A DNA stretch of 64,000 nucleotides, taken from assembly GCF_006345805.1 (NCBI RefSeq), contig NC_043025.1:620001-684000 (forward strand). Direction: 5' to 3'. Positions 54,623 to 64,000 of this stretch are shown here, one piece after another. Both the position numbers and the translations under genes were made by a program. Below the pieces are notes generated by a model. It was not told where the DNA came from. It saw nothing but the letters and a program-made list of their open reading frames with translations, and made no database searches. Positions within the stretch are counted from its first letter, which is position 1. Each line of letters starts with the position of its first letter. The DNA comes from Octopus sinensis (taxonomy: Eukaryota).

Positions 54623-56522
54623 CAGTAGTTTTATTTTTATAGCGTGCTTTCACTTCACTACCGAGCGCAGCTCTGTGTGCCTTGGGTATGTGCTGTGATT
54701 TGTTGTGATGCTCTGATGGTTATTGTAGTGAAAGTGCTCTGCTTAGGATGTGTGCAGTGCCTAGTAGTGCAATTTTCTGTATGATATATGTGTTTGTAAG
54801 TCCTGGTGTTTTTGTTATGTATTTGTCTGAATATTTTTTTATCATGCCTAATGCACCTACTATGATAGGAATTGTTTCTGTTTTCAGATTCCACATTCTA
54901 GTTACCTCTATTTCCAGGTCTTTGTATTTTGAGAGTTTCTCCATTTCTTTTAGAGACACGTTGTCATCTGCCGGTATTGATACATCAATTAGAAAGCATT
55001 TTTTTCTTCATGATCTCTGACAACTATATCTGGTCTGTTGGCCTTAATTTCTCTATCTGTGTGTATCGGCATATCCCAGAGTATTGTTGCTTTCTCGTTT
55101 TCTGTAACCTTTTCTGGTGTGTGCCTATACCATCTTTTTTCTGTTGTTATTCCATAATGTTGGCATAGCTTCCAGTGTATGTAGGTTCCAACTCTGTCAT
55201 GTCTGTGAATATATTCCTTCTTAGCCAGGACTGGGCAGCTAGAGATAATATGATTTATTGTTTCTTGTCCATCTCCACATATTCTGCAGTTACTTGTAAT
55301 ATTTCTTTTCATTACATGTTTTTGGTAATTTCTGGTGGGGAGGCTTTGGTCTTGTGCTGCAATTAAAAATCCCTCTGTTTCTGCTTTGAGTCCTGAGCTT
55401 CTCAACCATTGCTGGGATCTTTCTTTGTCTATTTCTTTTGCGTTTAGTTTAGTGCAGTATTTACCATGAAGGGGCTTTTCTTGCCATCGTTTTATCATGG
55501 TTCGTTGCTGTTCTATCTTTAGTTTGGATTTCATTTGTTTTATAGCTTTTGTTGTTTCTTCATCATCTTCTTCTTCTTCTTCTTCGTGTTTATTAGGTGG
55601 TATGATTTCTTGTTTGTATTTGTCAGCTTCCTTAAATACTGAGAACAGTTTTTTGTTTTGCTCGTGTTTTGCTGCTATCTGGATCAGTTTTCCTTCCTTC
55701 TGATGTAGGTATTTTTGCAGTCCTATGGTGGTTATTTTATAGTAGTTTCCCAGCTGTATAAGGCCTCTACCACCTTCTACACGTTGTATATATAGTCTTT
55801 CTATGTCAGATTTTGGGTGATGCATCCTAGATCCTGTCAGTATTTTTCTTGTTTTCCTATCTATTTTGGACAGTTCATTTCGTGTCCAGTTAAGGATATT
55901 GTAGCTGTAACTTATAACTGGGACAGCTAAAGTGTTGATACCTATTATCTTGTTTTTAGCATTGAGCTCTGTTTTTAATATTGATCTAACTCGTCTATAA
56001 TATTCTTTTTTTATTTTCTCTTTCATTTGTGTGTGTTGTGTCTTATCTAGTTTATGGATTCCTAAGTATTTGTAAGTTTGGCTTTGGTCTAATTCTTTTA
56101 TTTCATTGGTTTTATCTAGTGTGATGTTGTTACTCTTAACTAGTTTTCCTCTTTTCATGGTTACTTTGGCGCATTTTTCTAATCCAAATTTCATATCTAT
56201 TTCTTTGGTAAATCCATGAACTGTCTTTAATAGTGTTTCCAGCTGTTTGTCATTTGCAGCGTATAGTTTTAGGTCATCCATATATAAAAGGTGGCTGATC
56301 GTTTTGCCGTAACATTTATATCCGCATCCAGTTCTATTTAGCATATCAGATAGAGGTGACAGTGCCAAGCAGAAAAGGAGTGGAGAGAGCGTGTCTCCCT
56401 GGAATATTCCTCTTCTGATGGGGATGTCTTTGGTTTTCATGAGTCCCTCTTTTGTTTGGAGATGTAGGACTGTTTGCCATTTATTCATAGAGTGCTCTAT
56501 GAATTTTATGATTGTTGGTGCT
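54623..56522 (-). mobile_element. R4/Dong lineage A, 5'-truncated, 1.9 kb; ORF 54720..56522 with one frameshift at about 55000
   Basis: GIFQGDTLSPLLF, YMDDLKLY, YKYLG, EGGRGL, CCHC, RHD, RPD; (TAA)n on both sides. Confidence 0.95.
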
Positions 56523-56524
56523 AC

Positions 56525-56572
<48 letters not shown>

Positions 56573-59545
56573 CATTATTATTTGCCAATAGGGCAGTCAT
56601 ATGGGAGAAGATACAGTAGAAAATGCGGTGAGAGCTGGCAGAATCTTCAGGACGTCGGGCGAAATGCTTAGCGGTATTTCTTCTGCCGTTACCTTCTGAG
56701 TTCAAATTCCTCCGAGGTCGACTTTGCCTTTCATCCTTTCGGGGTCGATTAAAGAAGTACTAGTTACGCACTGTGGTCGATATAATCAACTTAATCCGTT
56801 TGTCTGTCCTTGTTTGTCCTCTCTGTGTTTACCCCCTTGTGGGTAGTAAAGAAACAGGATACAGTAGACATGGACAGTGGAGATTTAACGCTGAGACAAC
56901 GAGTACACAGTTAAAAGAATAACAATGATATCCGACAAAAGAATATAACAATGAAAGTTCGTAATAGGTGCAGGTAATCCCCTGGAGTTGGATCAGGTAC
57001 CCACACCCCAATCCTGAACCACTCGACGCTTCGAGGGCATCTGGGAAGAGCACTCTCCTCCCTCTCAAATTCATTAGCCCACAGGTGCGTTATTAGAGTA
57101 GGTCCACTCACACGTACCATTTTCGCTATTCATCCACCTTTTGGCAAACGTACTGGGAGGCGGCACTTCACTCTGCACCCTCATCTTCCTTTCCAAAGGA
57201 AATTTGAGAAAGTTGACGAGTGATTGGCCGTAGAGAAAAGTCTCTGCCTTTAGTCCTTTTAACCTGATCCACAATACAGCCTCTTTCGCTACTGTTATAA
57301 GAATCGAAGTAAATTGTGTCACCTTCCGGAATGATGGAAAGCGGCTTAGCGATCTTCACTACGGACTCGGCCGATAGATAGAACAACCCTACACGTGATA
57401 ACAGATGTTCAACATAACTCCACATGTCAGTAATGCAAGGACACTGGACGAGTGCGTGCAGAACGCTTTCATCGCTCTGCGCACATCTCGGGTAGGTCGG
57501 TCAGACAGCACTTCCGTGCTTGTAGAGTTTATCTCGATCCGGCAGTGCCCCCCGATGCTGGTGTGTTTACGTCCCTGTAACTTAGCGTTTCGGCAAAAGA
57601 GACCGACAGAATAAGTACTAGGCTTACAAAGAATAAGTCCTGGGGTCGATTTACTCGACTAGAGGTCGTGCTCCAGCACGGCCACATTCAAATCACAGAA
57701 ACAAGTAAAAGAGTAAGAAGAGAGAGAGAGAGAGAGCTCATCTGTACCCAAACATTCAATAGTTTGATGTCCTATTTTCATAGGAGTGAGGGGAAGAGGG
57801 AGAGGAAGACATGCAGGGGTCTCTAAACTGTTTAATGTATTTGTATCTGAGAAAGTCTCCAGTATTCTTGATGCCTTCTGCAAAAAGTGAAAGATAAAAA
57901 AGGAAATTGAAAAAAAAACTAATTGTCTTCCAGTATCTGTGTGTGTGTCTGTGTGCGTGTGTGTGTGTGTCTGTGTGTGTTTGTGTGTGATGCAATGAGA
58001 TACATAACCATGCCTATAAGTTTCTTTAATATAAAACTGAAGTGAATATTAATGATAATATTAAATGATAATTTTAAATGACATAATTTTTCTGTGAAGA
58101 AGGTTTAGTCGTCAATGTTTTCAGTCTCGTCCACCACTCTACCTCTTTAGCCACCGGGCAGAAGAAACTGCTTTTCATTCCCGGCCAAAAGAAGGTGGCG
58201 GGGCGATCTTTACAATGAACTCGGCTCGTAAACTGGACTGATGAGTGCATGTAGGACTATTTCCTCGGCCTGCACACACCCCCGACATATCCGTCCGACA
58301 ACACTTTCGTATCTGTAGAGCTTGTCTTGAATCGGCAGAGCTTCCAGGTAGCACTGCCAGGACAGGGATTCCTGGAAGTTAAAGTCCAGTTAGTTGATTC
58401 CCTCCACCTCCGCCCAGAATTTACCCCGATTTTGTCGTTGTTCTTTCCCCTCTACTAATCCCCTATAGAAATCCATGTTGGAACTATCAACGCCCGCGTT
58501 GCCGACTGGCAGAAAGCTGTGAAAGCTTGCCGACATTCCAGGTGCCAAGCGCCCTTTCTTGGCCAACGCTTGACTCAGTACTGTAGCTTCATCAGTGAGA
58601 CGAGCTGCGGAAAGTGCCCGCTTCACAAACAGTCAATCCCCTATTCTCACCGCTAAAGAAACGAAGGAGCTGTCGCAGTCTCAGCGTATGTCTGCGAATC
58701 ATTAGCAACGACATGTCCAGTACTCTACTGAGAGGTTGTTGACAGCAGATGGACCGTCTGATGCGCGGAACACATCCCTTCTTTAGAAAGCGGTATAACA
58801 AACGCTCTAACTTTATCGGGCATGGGACTACATTCAGAAAGTCATAGATGACAGAAGGGATGTTCGCATTCGCCACTTCGACTCGACCCTTCACGAACAG
58901 CTTCCTCTCTGCCAACTTCTGGGTAAGATCGACTATCCTGTTCGTCACCTCCCAGACGTTGTTGTCCACCCCGAGGTCAAGAGCAAACCAGAATCCAAGC
59001 AGTTTAACCTGTCATTCCGTCTAGCGCCCTACAAACTGTCGGTTGGTATGGGTCTGCCTCTCCAACTGCCGATTTGCAGGCCCACCGACTTCTCTTGGAT
59101 AAGCTTTGCTCCTATCACCGCTTCGTGGCCTGTATTATGATGCCGTAGTCTGTGTTAGTTGATACGAACATTCCACATTCTAAGTCATATATATATATAT
59201 ATATAGCATCTGTATTTCTAATTATATAATTTCGAATTGAAAAGTTTCAATCAGCAGTTTATGACGATTGGCGGTGGAAGTGGAAGAGTTAAAATGAGAG
59301 AGTGGGGAGAGGGAGTGATAGAAGAGAGAGAGGGGAAAGAAGAGGAGGAGAGTTGATGTGTACAATTGTGAGTGTGTGTGTGTGTGTCTGTGTGTGTGTG
59401 TGTCTGTGTGCGTGATGCAATTAGATACACAACCCTGCCTAAACTTTTCTTTAATATGAAACTGGAGGGAATATCACATTAACGATTGCATTAAATGACA
59501 ATTTTACTGAGAAGTGAGTGAAAAGTTTAGCCTGAAAAAAATTCC

Positions 59546-59594
<49 letters not shown>

Positions 59595-59670
59595 GTAATA
59601 ATAATAATAATAATAATAATTAATAATAATAATGAAAATAATAATAATATTAATAATAATAATGATAATG

Positions 59671-59711
<41 letters not shown>

Positions 59712-61491
59712 TATTATTATTATTATTATTATTATTTGCCAATAGGGCCGGCATATGGGAGAAGATACAGTAGAAAATGCGGTGAGAGCTGGCAGAATCT
59801 TCAGTACGTCGGGCGAAATGCTTAGCGGTATTTCTTCTTCTGCCGTACCTTCTGAGTTCAAATTCCCCCGAGTTCGACTTTGCCTTTCATCCTTTCGGGG
59901 TCGATTAAAGAAGTACCAGTTACGCACTGTGATCGATATAATCGAATTAATCCGTTTGTCTGTCCTTGTTTGTCCTCTCTGTGTTTAGCCCCTTGTGGGT
60001 AGTAAAGAAACAGGACACAGTAGACATGGACAGTGGGGATTTAACACAGAGACAACGAGTACACAGTTAAAAGAATAACAATGATATCCGACAAAAGAAT
60101 ATAACAATGAAAGTTCGTAATAGGTGCAGGTAATCCCCTGGAGTTGGCTCAGGTACCCACACCCCAATCTTGAACCACTCGACGCTTCGAGAGCATCTGG
60201 GAAGAGCACTCTCCTCCCTTTAAAAATTCACTAGCACAAAGGCGTGTTATTAGAGTAGGTCCACTCACACGTACCATTTCACTCTGCACCCTCATCTTCC
60301 TTTCCAAAGGAAATTTGAAAAAGTTGACGAGTGATTGGCCGTAGAGAAAGTCTCTGCCTTTAGTCCTTTTAACCTGATCCACAATACAGCCTCTTTCGCT
60401 ACTGCTATTAGACATAAGTAAATTGCCTGACCTTCCGGACTAATGGAAAGCGGCTGAGCGATCTTCACTACGGACTCGGCCGATAGATAGAACCACCCTA
60501 CACGTGATAACAGCTGTTCAACATAACTCCACATGTCAGTAATGCAAGGACACTGGACGAGTGCGTGCAGAATGATTTCATAGCTCTGCGCACATGTCGG
60601 GTAGGTCGGTCAGACAGCACTTCCGTGCTTGTAGAGTTTATCTCGAACCGGCAGTGCCCCCCGATAACACTGCAAAACAAGAGACTTCTAGAAGTTATCC
60701 ATCATCCCCGTCTTGAAAGTCCTTCTCAACAGACTGATTAGTTCAATTTTGTCAACGCCTAACGTCTCTCCAAGTGCTTCATCGCACTATCCCTCCACTA
60801 ACCCTCCATAGAACTTCAGAGTGGATTTTCCACTGATCGCATTGCCCACCTGGTAGAGGACAGTGAGTGCCTAGCAACATTCCAGATGCCAGTAACTCTT
60901 CCTCGGTCTCTTCTTGACCCAGGACTGCAGCTTACTCAAGGAGATGAGTTGTGGAAAAGCCTGTTTGACAAACGATGACCACACCTGTTCACCATTTAGG
61001 CAGAATGTTTGGAGATGCCGCAGCCCCAGTTCATGTCTTCCACAGCATGCCCAGTGTTCCGGAAATCGGAAAGCGAAAGCACAAAAACGAAAATGGGAAA
61101 AGGGAAAAGTAAAAACAGCATTTAAGTGTTCTCCTTGTTAGACCTTGAATTATAAGGCTAATAAAATATCAAAAATCTAATCAAGAATAGACGGAATTTT
61201 CCAGATCTTCAAAATATATTTATACTTGACAACGACTGAAAATTCCCGACCTAGAGTCCAATAGAGAATTAAGCATCTTAGATCTGAACAGGATATGCAC
61301 TCTTTCAGCTAAATAATGTTTATATTTATTCGATCCATTCACATAAGTTATGGATTCTCAATTACTTCCCATCCAGTCATATGTGGTGTTTCGTTTTCTT
61401 CCAAACTTAGCCAGTTTCGTAGCTTTACTTTTGTCCTATGTCGGAAGGGGATTATGTGATTGGCATAACGACTTTGAAATTCACCTGAAGT

Positions 61492-61712
61492 GAATAACCA
61501 CCATAGGACTGCAAAAATACCTACTTCAGAAGGAAGGAAAACTGATCCAGATAGCAGCAAAACACGAGCAAAACAAAAGACTGTTCTCAGTATTTAAGGA
61601 AGCTGACAAATACAAACAAGAAATCATACCACCTAATAAACACGAAGAAGAAGAAGAAGAAGATGATGAAGAAACAACAAAAGCTATAAAACAAATGAAA
61701 TCCAAACTAAAT
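61492..61712 (+). mobile_element. Internal fragment of R4/Dong lineage A at a rearrangement junction
   Basis: Reverse complement of about 55520..55737; no 3' end and no (TAA)n flanks. Confidence 0.85.
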
Positions 61713-62494
61713 TTGAAATTGTCTGCCAGTATCTGTGTGTGTGTCTGTGTGTGCGAGTGTGTGTGTGTCTGTTTGTGTTTGTGTGTGATGCAATGAGATA
61801 CATTACCATGCCTATAAGTTTCTTTAATATAAAACTGAAGTGAATATTAATGATAATATTAAATGACAATATTAATATTTTACATTCCACCGGTATCAGT
61901 ATCTGAGGCTAAAGTTATAATTACTGCATACTGGTGGTACAGTTTTCAACCAGCAGGATGTAACCTGATGCTAATGCTTATAATATACATGCAGCAGAAA
62001 GGCGTGTCGTTCACAGGTTTAAAATAACTAAATTGCATTGTATATAAAATATGATAAAAAGTAAGTTACTTCATGTGTAACATTTAATTCTTATTTTAAT
62101 GTCTTTTACACAGGATAAAACCCGAAATAGTGAACTCGGAATTTTGGAACTAAGTGAAAGACAATGATTGTTTACCATAAAGATTTTCCCGTTTTGCCGG
62201 ACCATTCGATGTGGGTTACCAGAGCCTGGATTGTAGTACAATGCTTGTAAGTTGCGTTCCATGATTTGATTTTCCTCTCCCTTTATATTATGTATATGTG
62301 TGTGTGAAAGTGTGTGTCTGCGTGTGTGTTTGTGTGTGTGAAAATAAGTAAATGTAAATGAATGTATATATGTGTGTATATATATATATATATGTATATC
62401 GATATATGGAGAGACGTAATAGATAGAGAGATAGAAAGATAAAGATACAGACAATGATCGATAGAGAGATAGCTAGACAGACACATGATAGTTT

Positions 62495-62547
<53 letters not shown>

Positions 62548-62654
62548 CTAGATAGATAGATAGATAGAAAGATAGATAGAAATAAAAAGATAGATAGATA
62601 GATAGATAGATAGAAAGATGGAAAGATAGAGATAGATAGTCATAGATAGACAGT

Positions 62655-62692
<38 letters not shown>

Positions 62693-62814
62693 GATATATA
62701 GACATAGATAGATAGATAGATTGATTGATAGATAGATAGATAAATAGATACATAGATAGATAGATAGATGGATAGATAGAGATAGATGGACATAGATAGA
62801 TAGATAGATAGATA

Positions 62815-64000
62815 TGTTTCTTTATTAGCCACACAGGGCTGCACACAGACAGAACAAATTACAAGGTAGAGCTTTTCTTTTGGGGGTAAAAAAAGGGGGT
62901 TGGGTTTCGATCAAAAGGGATCGTAAAAGGAAAGAAAGAGGACAAAAAAGGGGGGATTTTTTATAAAAAAGGGGGGAGAGGGAAAAAATAAAAGGAAAGG
63001 GGAGAGGAAAAAAAGTTGATCAATAGGGATCGTAATCACAGAAATGTCAATATGAAGTGTAAAGAAAAGCCTACGGAAAAGACCACGGTAACCTCGGTCA
63101 ATGACGTCACATGTTATATTTTTTCTTTTATTTTTTTTTGCAAATAAGCAACTCTGTATTAATTTTTACGGTTCATAGAATCATAGTCAAGGTGGCTTCG
63201 TCATTCATACGTGCCATCCTTGCTACATTCACCCATCTTTTTTTAAAACATTCGCTAGACAAAATTTGCCTCTCTACTCTCACTTTCCTCTTCATGTGAT
63301 ACTTGAAGAAGTTGATGAGAGATTGACCAGAGAGGAAAGTGTTTGTCTCCAATCCTTTCGGGCGCGTCCACCAGATACATTCTTTCGCCATAGCCACAAG
63401 TATGTTAAAAATAGCTCTTCCTTCCCGTTTGAAGGAAGGAGGCGTGACGATATTAACGATAGACTCGGCTGATAAACCGACACGTCCCACACGTGACAGC
63501 AGTCGTTCGACATAAGCCCACAGGTCGGAAATTGCTGGACACTGAACGATTGCGTGCAGAGCGGTTTCGTCGCTCTGCCCGCATCTCGGGCAAGTCGGCC
63601 CCGTGTTTCTCGAGCCATGCCTATAGAGCTTATCCCGAACGGGTAGCGCTTCTCGGTAGCACCGCCAGACCATTGATCTCTAGAAGTTGTCCATAGGTCC
63701 CGGGCCGAAAGTCGTTTGAAACAGGCGGGTCAGGTATTCCTCGTCGATGCCCAGGTTTGCCACGAGATCGTCGTCGTACCTCCCCTCCACTAATCCCCTA
63801 TAGAATTCTTTGGTTGTGTTGAAGTCACTCAAGGTCGACCTGGGACGGCAGAATTGCTTGAGAGCAACGCGACACTCGCGGTGCCATTCGCCCTTCCTCG
63901 GCCTCTTTTTGATCCACGACTGTTGTTCGGTCATGGAGACCTGTTGCGGGAATGCGTGCCTCACAAACGGTGACCACACCTGTTCACCGTCGTCTACATA
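62815..64000 (-). mobile_element. Tx1/L1-clade LINE lineage 1 (duplicate of the 41222 copy; runs off the window)
   Basis: ORF 63173..63673 WRCYREALPVRDKL..CPRCGQSDETALHAIVQC is a zf-RVT-like domain; 3' end in (TATC)n. Confidence 0.88.

Noticed and set aside
54989-56575. Complete 528-aa host gene; programmed frameshifting at the A-runs
   Set aside because: The start lies in a microsatellite and the product is a truncated LINE ORF; sister copies (7796, 11203) are in frame, so the shifts are mutations or sequencing errors

Overview
AT-rich, microsatellite-dense eukaryotic DNA made almost entirely of transposon remnants and local segmental duplications. The SINE types suggest a cephalopod (Octopus-like) genome; this is an inference. 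No host protein-coding gene, tRNA or rRNA gene is supportable, and most listed ORFs are microsatellite artefacts. Main contents: (i) three lineages of R4/Dong-clade LINEs (RT plus restriction-like endonuclease), the two younger ones sitting in (TAA)n arrays, including a tail-to-tail inverted pair at 53.4-56.5 kb; (ii) three Tx1/L1-clade lineages, one flanked on both sides by (GATA)n; (iii) three tRNA-type SINE families, one with a variant whose 3' tail matches the Tx1 3' stem-loop end; (iv) Penelope-like remnants: a decayed GIY-YIG domain, several type I hammerhead ribozyme motifs, and a young ORF-less 508-bp hammerhead unit inserted as an inverted plus tandem array in (TA)n at 35.7-36.9 kb; (v) hAT, MITE and pogo-like DNA transposon remnants; (vi) mosaic duplications that supply filled and empty site pairs. 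All calls were read by eye, so boundaries are approximate.
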